Part shown: positions 13,566-27,572 of the stretch, in pieces
Numbering within the stretch: the stretch's first letter is position 1
Layout: the number at the start of each line of letters is the position of its first letter
Translations under genes and position numbers: made by a program
NCBI RefSeq assembly: GCF_963921235.1
Contig: NC_086108.1
Span: 54,066,001 to 54,130,000 of the forward strand
Direction of reading: 5' to 3'
DNA: 64,000 nt
Origin: Mobula hypostoma
Taxonomy: Eukaryota
Notes under the pieces: generated by a model
What the model saw: only the letters and a program-made list of their open reading frames with translations
Databases searched by the model: none
What the model was told of the DNA's origin: nothing

Positions 13566-15796
13566 GTTTGGTGATGATTCTTCGTGTCAAATCATGCAAA
13601 ATGATTCTGTGAGGAGTTAATTATACTATCTGTATCCTATATTCTTTTAAACTGTTCAGTCTTTAATAATAAAAAATAACCTTTCATTACTTGTGAATGT
13701 AACATTCTCAAGTTGCAGATATTTTTCCAGAGTAAATTGTGAAGTTTTGGTCAGCTTAATTTGAAATTAAAATATCTTGGACCAAATAAGAATAAATGGA
13801 TATCAAATGAAGACTGAAATAGATTCAACTTTGCTCTTTCAGAATTTTGTGTTCATTTCTTAAGTTCACATGATTTAAAGTATTAATATTTGATGCCAGT
13901 GGAAAAGGTGCATCTTTTAGGTGAAGGGTGCATGGTAGGGTGAGGGAAGGAACAAATATGTAAATACCAAGCTTTGAAACTCTCACTATAAATCTGATAC
14001 CTGGCATTGGAATATTGGTTTTGGCAACATTGGTAGCAGTAAATTCCAGGCCTAAAGATGAAAGCATCTGTTGTCCTTCAATTGGAGTAAAATTGAATCA
14101 TACATCCTCGATGGAGTTATGTATTGTACAAAACAAAAATGCATTTTATTCCAGAAAAAATATGAACTGTAACAGTCTTTCATTTCATTTGTTTTCCTGG
14201 TTCCAAAAAGTAAAGGGATGTTTTTGAAAGTGAATGTTTTCCATTTTGGATGCCTAACCATTATCAAATATCTCATTATATCCTGGGCAGCAGTATCATG
14301 GGCAATGGAATGCCAGCTCAGCCTGCCAAGCCTAAATTGTTTTAAAGAATATAATACATGTATACATAAAACTTTGAAAAAAAATTTTGCTCCAACATTA
14401 TGCCAAAATTCAGAGTTTCAGAAAATAATCCCAGGTACGTTCCACATCATTAGCTATCGTTTTGGCTGTTGGAGCAGGGTTGTGAAATTATTAATTTTTG
14501 GCTTTTATTAAATAATGACATTTTGTATTGGGGACATAATTCCAGATGAATATATGTTTAGATTGCCCGAGTCTCTTCTCAAATTCCTGCTTGCAACTTT
14601 TTAGTGGAGATTTTTGATAGCTGCAGCTGAAATGGAGTTTATGATAGCTGCAAGTTCCAGAGATTGAAATAGATGGCCGAACATTGATTTGTAACCTCTT
14701 GTGAAATTTTGCTTTGGTTCATTATTTTCACTTGTACCAAATGCAGTGAAAAGCTGGTTTTGTAGCTGATCAAATCCTGACACTGTGCTTTGAGATAGGA
14801 GAAGGCAAAACAATAACAATGAAGCCTATAGAGTAAAAGTTACGTAAAAGAAGTTAATCCTGCAAATGTGGAAAATGGACTCTGTGCCTACGTACGATCT
14901 GTGGCTGAGAGAACTGGCAAATACTTTACATTTGGAGAGACTGAGACTATATAATGAGGACAGAGGGGACATCTTTGAAAGGATATGGGGCCCTGTATTG
15001 GACTTTCTCACGGGGTGAGGACTGAGGTTTATTGGTGTGGTGCACTTCTGCTGTGTATGTTTACTTTTGCCTTTATATTTTTCTCCCTTTTGCTGCTCAG
15101 TATTTAATTTGATTTTGTTATGGTTGTGGTTTTTGGATGTGCTGTTCTTTTTTGTGTTTTTTTTTGTTTGTAATAAATTAAAATAAAATAAATAAATTTT
15201 AAAAAGTTACCTAAGAGGTTCAGTGCAGTTAAATGATAAAGCTCATAATGAGGTAGATTATGAGGCCAAGAGTATATCTTGTAGAGCAGTTCCATTCAAG
15301 AGTTCCTCAGAAGTCTGATAATGGGAAACAAGGTAAACTTGAGTGGAAGTCTGAACTTAAAATTGATCCAGCTTCTATTTTGTATGCAATGTACAGTAGG
15401 TTTATACCACTGCATGTGTGTTCAAGCAAATGGGGAATTCTGGGGAATAGATCCAGTTCAGTTTTCAATAGGTTTGTTTATGGAGGATGTAAAAAAAAGT
15501 GTTGTTGTGTGCTCTTAACTTCCTGCATGGTTTGTGCTTTTGTTTTTTTTCTGAAGCTTTTTTATTTTCAAGATGATTCTCAAAATGGGTGCGCATTGTT
15601 ATGAATACAGTAAATATTGCGGCTGTTCAAGCCTTTGGATGTGTGTGACCTTGCTCAGTGTTCATCATTTCCTAACAAGATGCATGGGACAGCGATCCCT
15701 GCTTACACTGTCAAAAGCCTGTTAGTGGCTGATGGTTCTCGGTAAAATCATTTAAATGGCGTTAACCTAACCAAGAAACTAAAGGAAATTGGTTAA

Positions 15797-15978
15797 GCAA
15801 CACACATAAAAGTTGCTGGTGAACGCAGCAGGCCAGGCAGCATCTCTAGGAAGAGGTACAGTCGATGCTTCGGGCCGAGACCCTTCGTCAGGACTAACTG
15901 AAGGAAGAACTAGTATCACCAGCAACTTTGATGTGTGTTGCTTGAATTTCCAGCATCTGCAGAATTCCTCGTGTTTGC
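15797..15978. mobile_element. Short Penelope pLTR-only insertion (inverted segment plus 3' tail) with an 11-bp TSD; degenerate hammerhead motif at 15860-15895(-)
   Basis: aaattggttaa at 15786-15796 and 15979-15989. Confidence 0.88.
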
Positions 15979-18319
15979 AAATTGGTTAACATGGTTTAGA
16001 AGCACATCCACTACTGTGTTCGCCTGTTTAGCCATTTGGTAAACATTGCAAAAATAGCTTGAAATGGTTGTAAAGATTGGTACCGTTAGTGAATATTCAG
16101 ACTCATTGTGTTCATCAAGGTCAGTCAGACTTGTTAAAGGGTTAATTGCTTTTGATGACTTTGAATGTTGTTGAAGCGCTGATGATTGAATTATAACGAA
16201 GAGCAGAAGAGATGTTTATGTAAATTCACTCACTTTTGATAAGGTATTTCAAAAGAAACTTGTGAGTCTTCATATGTAAAACACAGGAAGGAGTTTTGCA
16301 ATATGATGATCAAATTGATGGATGGGAATTGAGGAATCTGAATGGATACATATTGATCATATTGGGGGTGCCATGCCCAGTGTTCAGTGCACCTTTGTTC
16401 CTTGTATAAAGATGATTTCATTTAGATATCGTGAACGTGAACTCAAAACTCACTGAAGCAAATGGACGAAATCTGAAACTATTGAAGGGAACTGGTGAAA
16501 AGCTTCAGAAATACAGGTTAGTAAAAGGGAGGAAGCTGACAGATTTGCATTGGTGTTGGGTAATCATTTTGGAGGATAAACGAGACAAAGGGTTATGCAT
16601 TCAATGGCGTGTTACAGGAGGGTGTGGGTGAGCGGGTGAACAGAGTAGCTTGCTGTTCAAAAAGGCATGACTACATGTAGATGAAACCTGCAAAGAAAGC
16701 ATTTTACATACTGTAAACAGAAGCAGAAAATGCAAGATCAGTTGGTGCAAAAGATTGATTAAACAATGGTTCAGAGCACTGGCCGTGGTCTCAGGCATTT
16801 CAAAACACACGAGTAAGTCCGTGTAGATTTGCCAGCCTGGTAGTTAGAAGACATTTTCATCAAAATAGAGCAGCAAGGAGGAAATTTAAAAGCACAATTT
16901 GAATGTGCAGTGAGGAATAGGACAATACCGTTTCCTTTGGAGAAACCATGAAGAAAAATCATATGTAGAGAAGGTACGTTGGGTGCCTGTGCATTGGGGA
17001 AAATCCAGATAGGTAATATATAATCTAAAGGAAAATGTAGATAAAATTTGCAAAAGCAGCATGTAAAGAGAAGGTGTTTTGAAGTGTTTTGGCAAAGAAC
17101 CAGCATAGTTACAATAAACTGCATGGCTTCATTCCATGCTGCAAGTTTGTAGATGGCTTTATGTTTGTGGAGGTGGCTGAGATAGTTATGACTAAATCAT
17201 CTCATCTCTCCTTGAATTCTTGTAGTAACAATTTTAGATTGATGATAACCTCACAACACTGTCCTCCAACCAATAGAAATCATTCCCTATTCACTCAATC
17301 AAACTATTTAATCTACTCCTCAGGAGCCACTGCTCCAGTAGATACAATCTAAATGTGTTTCGGCTCCTTTCATAACAGTAGTTTCCTGTCCCTGGCGTCA
17401 TCCTGGTAAATCTGTACACAGTGGAGTCCTTGCCTTCTCCCATTGTTTAGGCCAGTTTGACCATTTGTGATACTTCGTTCAGCTAGATGTAACTATTTTT
17501 GCGCAACTGATAGTAATCATCAGATTAGAGGTGAAACATGGACTTTGTTTAAAGAAATCCTACTTTTATGTTGGCTTGTTGCAGTGAAAGACAAGAAAGC
17601 TGTTTTAGTTTTGATCTCTCTTTCAGAATACACCACAGTTAGGTGTTTCCAACTCATCTTTGTGTTTAGAGTTTTATCTAACTGTATAGCTAGAACGGCA
17701 ACAATATAATCCTGATCCATGTGATTGTAAAAAGTGTCTGTGAAGCACCGAGCTGGCCATGGAAACCACTTGAGGTAACAAATTTAAGGGAAAATCATTG
17801 CAGAAAATCTTAGGAAATTTATGTCTATTTTTCCTGCTGTGACATTATAATGCCAACTAAGCCTTTTGATAATACTGAATTGATAATCTTGTTTACCAGG
17901 AAGAATGCATTTGGTGGGGAAAAATGGCTGCCTGTTTTGTCCACTCAAAGCTTATGGCACTGTGGACTAAACTAGTGAACTATATATATTTTTTGCTTTC
18001 AATTGAAAATGATACTGCTATCAGCATGTACTTTATTGTCGCTTTGTTTTTGTTTTTTTCTCTGTGAGTATCCTCTGCATTTTTCTTCTGAATTCACTGA
18101 ATCATGCTGTTCCAAACATACTAATTGATATTCTACAGTATATAGAGCTGCGGAGTGTGTGTTGGCAGGCTGCTTGGTTTAGGTGAAATGTTTGAGAAAA
18201 TAAAGGGGAAACTGCAGCTGCATCATATTCTTCCACTGCAGATAATACTTCAGCTGAGCTGTGGTGTTCTTGCCATCATTTGGCTTGTCCTGCTTCAATT
18301 GGTATTAATTTTTGACAAG

Positions 18320-18950
18320 AGCAAAGCTGTAATGCTGAATCTTTATAAGGCTGGTCAGACCGCACCTGGAGTATTGTAAGCAGTTTTGGGCCTCTTATCC
18401 AAGAAAAGATGCGCTGGCATTGGAGAGGGTCCAGAGGAGGTTCATGTGAATGATTCTGGGAATGAAGGGTTAACATATGAGCATTTGATTGTTCTGGGCC
18501 TGTACTTGCTGTAAGAATGGGGGGAGGGGTGGGGAATCTCATTGAAACCTATTGAATATTGAAAGGCCTAGATCAGGGATTCCCAACCATCTTTATGCCA
18601 TGTACCCCTACCATTAATCCAAGGCTCTGTGGATGTGGAGAGGATGTTTCCTGTAGTGAGTGAGCCTAGGGAGCCTCAGAATTGAGCGATATCCACTTAG
18701 AATAGATGAGAAGGAATTTCCTGAGTCAGTGGGTGGTGACTCTGGAATTCATCGCCATGGATGGCTTTGGAGCCAAGTCATTGGGTATACTTAAAGCAGA
18801 AGTTGATAGATTCTTGGTTAGTCATGGTGACAAAGGTTACGGGGAGAAGGCAGGAGAATGGGATTGAGAGGGATAATAATCAGCCATGCTGGAATGGTGG
18901 AGCAGACTCGATGGGCTGAGTGGCCTAATTCTGTTCTTGTGTCTTATGGT
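18320..18950 (+). mobile_element. CR1 LINE 3' fragment
   Basis: 'ctttataaggctggtcagaccgcacctggagtattgt...agttttggg' ([15 protein letters not shown] remnant) and CR1 3' UTR 'atgggctgagtggcctaattctgttc...tcttatggtctt'. Confidence 0.85.
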
Positions 18951-20129
18951 CTTGGCTCTCAAAGGGGAATTGTAATACAGGTACAAAGACTTAACCAAAT
19001 ACTGCTCAGAGCCAGACACATTCTGATGAGAGTGGCCTCATTGTGGCAGAAGATGCCACTAGACACCAGAGGCAAAATGGTGCCAACAATCAGTGGCGGC
19101 GTTTTGAAGACAGCACACAAAACTACTAGATACTCTAGTAGATATACTTCTGAACTGCGATGGCTGCAGTCTGCAGCCTGTGATTGCCCTTTTAAGGATG
19201 GACTTTTGAAGCAACAAAACAATTTGGCACTTTTGCAGTTCTTAGGCAATTTGGCATACTAGATTTTCAGGTGTGCGGGTACTGTCAGGGTGGCTATCAC
19301 TGGATGTGTTCACTGCGTTGAGGCCCGATGGTGGAAGAAGAACCTGTGGTCAGCTCCATTACTCCGTGCTGATTAAAATCTTCAAGACGGAGAAGGAGCA
19401 GGTATTCAGCACTCCCTGCCTGCATTTGACCTGTCTCCCACACGTCTTGCTGCTGCTGTTGGGCGGGAGTTGCAGGAACCTAAGATCCCATGCTCCCAAG
19501 TTGGGGTGCAGTTGCTGCCTTGCGGCCATCATGCTCCTGAACAGGCTTCAGTCAGTCGCCTCAGCACTGAACGGGCTCACTTTCTGTGGACTGTGGACTT
19601 GCTTTCAGGGACTCTGCAGTTTACCTTCCATGTGCTTTTGTTTACCTTTTTTTTCCCTGCTATTTGTGCAATTTGAACTGGAGTTCAGCTCACTGCTCCA
19701 AAGTTTCCTCACCTCAGTGCTGAGCTGACTCTGCAGCTGTAGACTCACTTTCAGGGAGTCTGTAGTTCATGTTCTGTGTGTAATTTGTTGACATTTTATT
19801 GTTTGTATGATTCGCTCTTTTTTCACACATTGGGTGTTTGACAGTCTTTGTTTTGTCAGTTATTTTAATGGGTTCCATCATGTTTTGTGGCTGCCTGCAA
19901 GGTGACGAATCTCAAGGTTATATGCAGGATACATACTTTGAAAATAAATGTAGTGTACTTTAAACTCTGAACATTCTGTCCTCTGACCCTGACTACTGTG
20001 TTTTTACATTAATTGCATTGCTTAAGTTTACAGTGGATGAAGGTTTTGAAGGGTGTTCTTGTATGTCTTGATCAGTACAGCAAATTGAGCTTAGATTTTA
20101 GTGACCTTTCTTCTTGAACTGAGAGTTAT

Positions 20130-20405
20130 TCTGATAGTGGTTAGAGCATTGCTTTACAGCAGGCACAGGTCAGGGTTCAGTCCCCATTGCTGTCTGTAAG
20201 GAGTTTGCATGTTCTCCCCATGACTGTGTGTGTTTCCTCTTGATGCTCTGGTTTCCTCCCACATTCCTAATGTGTGACATGCTCTGAGTTGAGGACACGC
20301 AATGCTTGGCGGAGGAAGCAAGGCAACACTCGCAGGCTACCCAGCCCAACACTCACTGATTTTGCGACACATTTTGCTGTATGTTTCGATGTACACGTAA
20401 CAAAC
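20130..20405 (+). mobile_element. tRNA-derived SINE (V-SINE-like), degenerate
   Basis: A-box-like 'tagtggttagagc', B-box-like 'ggttcagtccc', central 'ggagtttgcatgttctcccc...ctctggtttcctcccacattcc'. Confidence 0.65.
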
Positions 20406-21620
20406 ATATCTAGAATGAGCATTGTTAAATTTCTTCAAGATGCTTAGCATGCTGTCTTATTTAAACATCTTCAGAGAGAAAATGAATTGCCTGTTCATTT
20501 ACAACCTGGGGATTAAATAAAACCATTTTAATGGAGTTCGACTGGCCTTACCTTGAGGTTGCAGGTTAAGACCTGAGGTCTCTTGTCTTTATGTTGTATG
20601 TATGTCTGGGCAAGATGAGCAACCTTGCAATGAATTGACTGAACATTATGTGGTTAATCAGCTAAATTGACTTGGATAGCACCGATGAGTTTGTGGTGTG
20701 ATGTTTAGGCTTATATTTTTTCAAAGTAACCTACAGCAAATCTCGTGGCAGGCCACTTCTAAGAAATGGAATCAGAAAAGCTAAATAATTTAATTGATTT
20801 TACTCAGTTATGGCCACATGGAAATAAATTTGGAGATATTTCAAGATTTTGGAAAAGATTGCTGGAGTTCATCTGAGCATTTGCTTTAAGTCAAGGGGTC
20901 ACATGGCTTATTTGATCTGTAAGTGGAAACAGGCTGCTGCAGACAAAGGTTGTAACACTACTTGTTTTCCTACCAGCATGATGAACTTAAAAGTGATAAA
21001 CCTTGGGTCGCAGATAAGATCAAACCGGGGATTCTTTAAGAAATAAGTGAAGAAATTATGGAATTTCTGACATGTCCTTCAGAAGTTGGGAAAGGTATCT
21101 GGAGATTACTGAACAGCAGCATATTATTTAGTATTAAAATCTTATCAGAGACCAATAACCAACAACATTGTGGCCAAAGTTATAAAAATGGTCTGGTGAG
21201 AGAGAGAAGCAGTATTACCACTTCAGGCCATGGACTGTTCAATTGAGTTCATTTGGTAAAGGGTCATCAATCTGAAATATGAACTGTTTCTCTCTCTACA
21301 GATGCTTTTTGACCTACTGAATATCCCCAGAATGTTCTGCTTTACTTAGGGAAAAACAAGGGGAGCAAGAATTGAGTATTTTACAACGGAGTCTTAATTT
21401 GTTTTAAAAGAATGGTGAAATAGTGGTTATTAAGAGCCTGGATGAGTGTTGCCAGTGAGTCTCACTTGAATCTGTTCTGGCTCTCTTTAATTTGATAACA
21501 TCACAGATGATTTAGATTAGGAACCTCAGGTTTAATAGCTCAGTTTGTCAATTCCTCGAAGTAAATGAGTGTGGTAGACCCCAGAACTGAACTGAAAAGT
21601 GAAGTGAGATTTTGAATATA

Positions 21621-22205
21621 CAATTGATTCCAGTTAATTCAGCCATCAGTTAAACAGGGCAGTTTGGGACGACTCTTAAAGGACTAAAACTAATCAGGAA
21701 AATAACTGAATTCCTTCACTTACTTAGGACATGATGCCACTTAATTGGCAACAGTGTCTATCTTACGTCAGTCGCGAGCACTATGGTGCTTAGAGCGAAA
21801 ATTTTTTAAATGTCTTCAGTTGCGTATGTTTGTGTTCAAAAAGCAGTTCATTTTGTCACTGATAGTTGGTGAGAAGTGAGTAATAAGACAATTTAGAACA
21901 GTTTTGCTCACTGTAGTTTGAAGCATTCAGGCTTGGAGATGCCAGAAATGGCCAGGAGTAAAAATGGAACCATTTTCACTACTTCAGCAAATTACGATTA
22001 TGAAGAATTTGAAAGTATCTAAAATCATTTTGAATGTTACAATGAAAATGAAGACTTGGAAGATGCAATCATTGAAAGCATTGTTTGAAGGCTGTCCATT
22101 ATCTGCTCTGATTTTGTTCATTTACAGTCAGTCAAAAAAAAAGGCAATATACACTGGGTGAATTCCTCTGTTGATAAATATAAAGAACTAACACACAGTT
22201 TAATA
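21621..22205. mobile_element. Tigger/pogo-like DNA transposon derivative (one end only); inverted relative of 29003-30022
   Basis: TA followed by TIR 'caattgattccagttaatt'; the interior matches the reverse complement of ~29400-30022. Confidence 0.7.
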
Positions 22206-22510
22206 GCTTCAAGATCTTGACCTCAATGCCAGCTTGTGCAACTGGATCCTCTTATTTCCTCACTTGCAGACCCCAGTCGGTTCAGATTGGCAACATCTCC
22301 TCCACAATCTCTATCAGCACAAGTGCACCACAAGGCTGTGTGCTTAGCCCCCCGCTCTGCTCGCTTTACACTTACGGCTGTGAGGCTAAGTGAAGATCCA
22401 ATGCTATATTTAAGTTTGGTGACGACACCACTGTCTTTGGCCAAATCAAAGGTGGTGATGAATCAGCATATAGGAAGGAGATTGAAAAGCTGGCTGAATG
22501 GTACCATAAC

Positions 22511-23115
22511 TGGACTGGTCAAAGAACACTGAGGCTGTCTACAAGAAGGGTCAGAACCGTCTCTACTTCCTGAGGAGACTGAGGTCCTTTAACATCTGCC
22601 GGATGATGCTGAGGATGTTCTACGAGTCTGTGGTGGCCAGTGCGATCATGTTTGCTGTTGTGTGCTGGGGCTGCAGGCTGAGGGTAGCAGACACCAACAG
22701 AATCAACAAACTTATTCGTAAGGCCAGTGATGTTGTGGGGATGGAACTGGACTCTCTGATGGTGGTGTCTGAAAAGAGGATGCCGTCCAAGTTGCATGCC
22801 ATCTTGGACAATGTCTCCCATCCACTACATAATGTACTGGGTGGGCACAGGAGTACATTCAGCCAGAGACTCATTCCACCGAGATGCAACACAGAGCGTC
22901 ATAGGAAGTCATTCCTGCCTGTGGCCATCAAACTTTACAACTCCTCCCTTGGAGGGTCAGACACCCTGAGCCAATAGGCTGGTCCTGGACTTATTTCCTG
23001 GCATAATTTACATATTACTATTTAATTATTTATGGTTTTATTACTATTTAATTATTTATGGTGCAACTGTAATGAAAACCAATTTCCCCCAGGATCAATA
23101 AAGTATGACTATGAC
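22511..23115 (+). mobile_element. Younger 5'-truncated Rex1/Babar LINE
   Basis: Clean ORF 22603..22977 'MFYESVVASAIMFAVVCWG...HPLH...PRCNTERHRKSFLPVAIKLYN'; AATAAA then (TATGAC)n tail. Confidence 0.85.
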
Positions 23116-23286
23116 TAACGCCAACCGCTCTCTCAATGTCAGCAAGACCAAGGAGCTGATTATTGACCAGGAAGAGGAAACCAAAGGTCTATGTGCCAGT
23201 CCTTATCGGAGGGTCAGAGATGGAGAGGGTCAACAACTTAAAGTTTCTGAGTGTTATTATTTCAAGGGGCTTGTGCACACAAGTGC

Positions 23287-24311
23287 AGTGGTGGCATCCA
23301 TTAGTCTCGCGAGACCATGGATCTGCGCCTAGAAAGTCTTGCTTCAGTTGTGTTAGAGCAGTGTCTGTTGTGGCTGTAGAGGCCCACACGGGAGTGACAG
23401 TCTCGGCTGCAGCGACTGCACTTGAAGGCGCTGTCCTCCAGTGTTGTCTTGGTGCTGTTTTTCCGACGAGTGCGCTTTTCTTCAGCAGCAAGCCTCAGCT
23501 TCTCTTCTCCTCTTTTTAGACCTCTGCGTAGTTCCAGCCTCAGTGAGAGCGATCGCTTGCGATGTCCTCCCACCTCTCGATGTTCATTTTCAGTGACTTT
23601 ATGTCTCTCTTGCAAACGTCTTTGAAACGAAGATGGGACCGCCCTTGTGTTCTCTTGCCGGAGGCCAGTTCCCCGTACAGCAGGTCTTTTGGGATCCTCC
23701 CGTCTGACATGTGGTGTACGTGGCCCAGCCAGCGGAGACGGTGTTGTTGGAGCAGGGTGAAGAGGCTGGGTATCTGGGCGTGGGCCAGGACCTCATTGTT
23801 GGTGACTCGATCAGTCCACGTGATGTCCAGGATGCGTCTCAGGCTGCACAGGTGGAAGGCGTTGAGACGCCGCTCTTGTCTGTAGTAGAGGCTCCAGGTC
23901 TTGCTGCCGTAAAGCAGTGTGCTGAGGACGCAGGCCCTGTAGACTGCAACTGTGGTGTACGTCATCAGCTTTCTCTTCTCCCAGACTCTCTTGGTCAGCC
24001 TGGCGAATGTTGAGGCTGCTCGTCCGATCCGTCTGTTGATCTTGGGGTCAAGGGAGAGGCTGTCCATGATGGTGGAGCCAAGGTATGTAAATTTGTGAAC
24101 TACCACCAGCTCATAGTTGTTGATGGTAATGGCGGGGAAGGGGGGGGGTGCTCAACGCCTTGGCCCAACACGTTGGTTTTCTTCAGGCTGATGGTCAAGC
24201 TGAAGTCCTGGCAGGCTCTTGAGAAGTTGTCCATGAGGCGTTGCAGTTGCTCTTCAGAGTGTGTTGCCAGTGCCGCATCGTCTGCAAACAACATGTCCCT
24301 GATGAGTACTT
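23287..24311 (-). mobile_element. 5'-truncated RTE-clade LINE with a 9-bp TSD
   Basis: 'MLFADDAALATHSEEQLQRLMD', 'FTYLGS', 'VYRACVLSTLLYGS', 'RLRWLGHV..M.DGRIPKDLLYGEL', C-terminal 'CSRCSRDCHSRVGLYSHNRHC'; cacaagtgc at 23278-23286 and 24312-24320. Confidence 0.92.
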
Positions 24312-26089
24312 CACAAGTGCCATTACGAAGAAAACATATTAGCGCCTCTATTTCCTGAGAAATTTACAAAGATTCAGCATGAAATCTAAAACTTTGTCAA
24401 CCTTCTATAGATGTGTAGTTGACAGGTTGCATCACAGCCTGGTATGGAGACACCAATTCTCTTGAATGGAAAATCCTACAAAAAGTATTGGATATGGCCC
24501 ATTCCATCACATATAAAGCCTTCCCCACCATTGAGCACATCTACGTTGGAGCGCTTTCACAGAAAAGTATCACCCATCATCATGGACTCCCACCATCCAG
24601 GCCATGCTCTCGTCTTAGTGCTGCCATCAGGGAGAAGATACAGGAACCTCTGGACTCACACCACCAGATTTAGGAACAGTTATTACTCCTTAACCATCAG
24701 ACTCATGAACCAGCGGGAAAACTTCACTCACCCCGTCAGTGAACTCTTCCCACAACCACTTCCAAGGACTCTTCATCTTATGTGCTTGATATTTATTTAT
24801 TATTTTTTCGTTTCTGGTTGCATAGTTTGTTGTCTTTTGCACATTGGCTGTTTGTCCAACTTGTTGGGTGCAGTCTTTCATTGATTTTGTATATGTTCCA
24901 AGCTAATTAAACTGGTAATTAAATGGTTAACTAAACTAATTCCCTCTGCCTGCACACTGTCCATATCACACTATTCTCTGCACCCTCATATTCCTATCCA
25001 AGAGCCTCTTAGGTGCCTCTATCATATTTGCTGCCTCTGACACCTCGGCAGTGCATTCCGAGACACCCACTGCTCTCTACATTTCTTAACACAAAGCTTG
25101 CCCCACACATCTCCTTTAACCTGTTCCCTCTTACCCCAAATAAATACTTTAAATAAGCTTCCAATAACACAATTTTCTCCATGTCAGGACTGAGTAGTTC
25201 TGTTGCAGGCATCCATCTGTGAAGTTGATTCAGATTTTTTTCCCTCTTTTTGCATGCTCTGACCTGCTCCACATCCCCTACAGCTCTGCGTTTCACATAA
25301 TTTACATTTCTTTGTTTCTGTTTTGTCTTTCTAATTGCCCTCATCTCACAGGTTTGATGGATTTTCATTTTCTATCTCTAACTGCCCTTATGAATCTATT
25401 AACCAGATTACCTCAGTGTTACTCCATGATCTCATGCTATTGAAATGATTCCTTTTGTGCTATGTAGCCCTTGCCTACCCTCCTTAAAGGCCTAATAATT
25501 TGCTTTCCCCCTCTTTTCCACCTCTGAAGGGTCATTTTTTCCAAGGACACTGCTTGTTCTGTTGGGTGTTTCCCGCATTTTCAGTTTTGTTTCCATTCTA
25601 TCATCACTTTTTTTCTACCCTGGTTTCCCTTGCTGCTCTGCAGATTTCTTTTATAACCGTCCTTTCTTGCCTTCCCCAGCGATCTCACTGGCCTCATTCC
25701 CTGGTCATAATAGCGTATCCTTTTCCAATCGTCTGTCACATGTCGATTTCCAATAGAAATCACCACTTAAACCAAGATGAGTCATTTTTTATTTCACTTC
25801 ACTCCATGCTGCATGGCTGCTGAAGTCAAATGCAGAGCCTCTAATGCTAACCTGACTGAAAAAGGATGCCCTCCCCTTCCTTCCCCCCCACCCCTGACTA
25901 TGAATATAGATATTGAAGAAAACAGAGCAGGACCCCCATACAGTAACCAAATTAAAAGAAATATTAAACTCAGGATTGTGAGGGAGAGCTGCACCAGCAG
26001 ATAATAAGAGTGCGCTGGTGAGACTCGCACTGATGCTCACTTGGGTGATGTGTGAGGTGATAGTTTTGTGATTTCAGGAATCAGAATTT

Positions 26090-26995
26090 AAAAGGGCATT
26101 GAGAGTACTAGTGCAGGATTCCGTAAAGGTTGAGTCAGTAGTAAGGAAGGCTAATTAAATGTTAGCATTCATTTCCAGAGGATTAGAATATGAAAGCAAG
26201 GATGTAATGTAGAGACTTTATAAGGCATTTGGTAAGAGCACATTTGGAGTATCGTGAGCAGTTCTGGGCCCCATATCTAAGAAAGAATGTTGAGAGGGTC
26301 CAAAAGAAGTTAATGAGAATGAGTCAGGGAATGAAAGGGTTAATGTATGAAGAGCATTTTTGATGGCTCTGAGCCCACACTCACTGAAGTTTAGGAAAAT
26401 GGAAGGGAGGGTGGGCATAGGGGATCTAATTGAAACCTACCAAATATAGAGTGGACATGGAGAGGATGTTTCCAATAGCGGGAGAGTCTGGGACCAGAGG
26501 GCACAGCCTCAAAGTAGAAGGCTCTGCCCTTGGAATGAAGGTGCAGAGGAATTTTTTTTTTGCCAAAGATTAAAGATTAGCTTTAAGATTAAAGACCATC
26601 TTAACTCTACATGATTGGAACATGGGAGGGAACCCGCATGGTTACGGGGAAGACGTATAAGCTCTTTACAGACAATGGCAGGAATCGAACCCTGATCGGT
26701 ACTCACTGGCTGTAAAGCTATTGCGCTAACTGCTATCCCACCATGCTGTTCCTCCCTCGCCTCCCCCCACAAGTGGTGAATTTGTAGAATTCATCACCCC
26801 AGGTGGCTGAGGAGGCTAAGTCATTGTGTACATTTAAAACAGAGCTTGGTCGGTTCTTCATCAGTCTGGGGGTCAAAAGTTATGGGGAAAAGAAAGGAGA
26901 ATTGGAATGAGAGGAAAAATATATCAGCTGTTATCCAATGGCTGTGCAAACTTGATGGACCAAATGGCCTAATTCTGCTCAAATGACTTACGCTC
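26090..26995 (+). mobile_element. CR1 3' fragment interrupted by a SINE-containing insert (~26560-26770)
   Basis: Degenerate RT C-terminus and CR1 3' UTR 'atggaccaaatggcctaattctgctc'. Confidence 0.8.
26620..26748 (-). mobile_element. tRNA-derived SINE head
   Basis: Reverse complement has 'tagcagttagcgc' and a B-box GGTTCGATTCC; similar to 20130-20405. Confidence 0.65.
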
Positions 26996-27537
26996 TTAAA
27001 GTCTCACATAACCATCTCGCCCCATGGATCATAACTTTGGAGAGTGAACAAAGTTTGGCTTCGTTACTAAGGCCTTCTTGATTTCATTTGCTTTCTCCTG
27101 CCAAGTATGAAATGCTTCTCATTTAATTTGACATCTGGAACTGATTTTGCTGTCTTCAGTGTGTCCGATGATTATCAACTCTTCCTGGTTCCTTCACAGA
27201 CTTGTCATATATTCTAGGAGTTCATAAATGTCTACAGTTTCAAAGACTCACTTCCTTAAGACTCTTTATTCTTTTTTGCAAACCTACCATGATGTAACTG
27301 TTTTTACAACATTACAGAATTCTTGCGTAAGAAATGAATTTTTCTCATAGTTTTCTCCAAGCCAGCTAGCAATCCATGATTTTTCCCCCTACTTCATCCA
27401 ACCACATGTCTCCACAGTATACATTTGCTTAATTATTCTAAACAGAGTAAATTACAAGTGTATGCATATCTTTACATATGTTTGCATGCCTCTAAGTATA
27501 TATATTCATTTGTGTATGCTAAGGTTATTATGTGTAT

Positions 27538-27540
27538 GTG

Positions 27541-27572
<32 letters not shown>
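27538..27572. repeat. (TA)n(TG)n microsatellite
   Basis: Direct reading of the sequence. Confidence 0.9.

Larger units (their letters stand above)
22215..24885 (+). mobile_element. Older Rex1/Babar LINE (22215-22510, 23116-23286, 24312-24885) interrupted by two younger LINE insertions
   Basis: RT remnants including 'LSLNVSKTKELIID', 'ERVNNLKFL', 'TGCITAWYG' and 'HPGHAL..LPSGRRYR'. Confidence 0.82.

Noticed and set aside
17626..17643. Possible micro-exon after 'tctctctttcag'
   Set aside because: Donor gtgttt is weak and there is no other support
26620..26748. B-box GGTTCGATTCC as a tRNA gene
   Set aside because: No complete cloverleaf; it continues into a SINE body shared with 20130-20405
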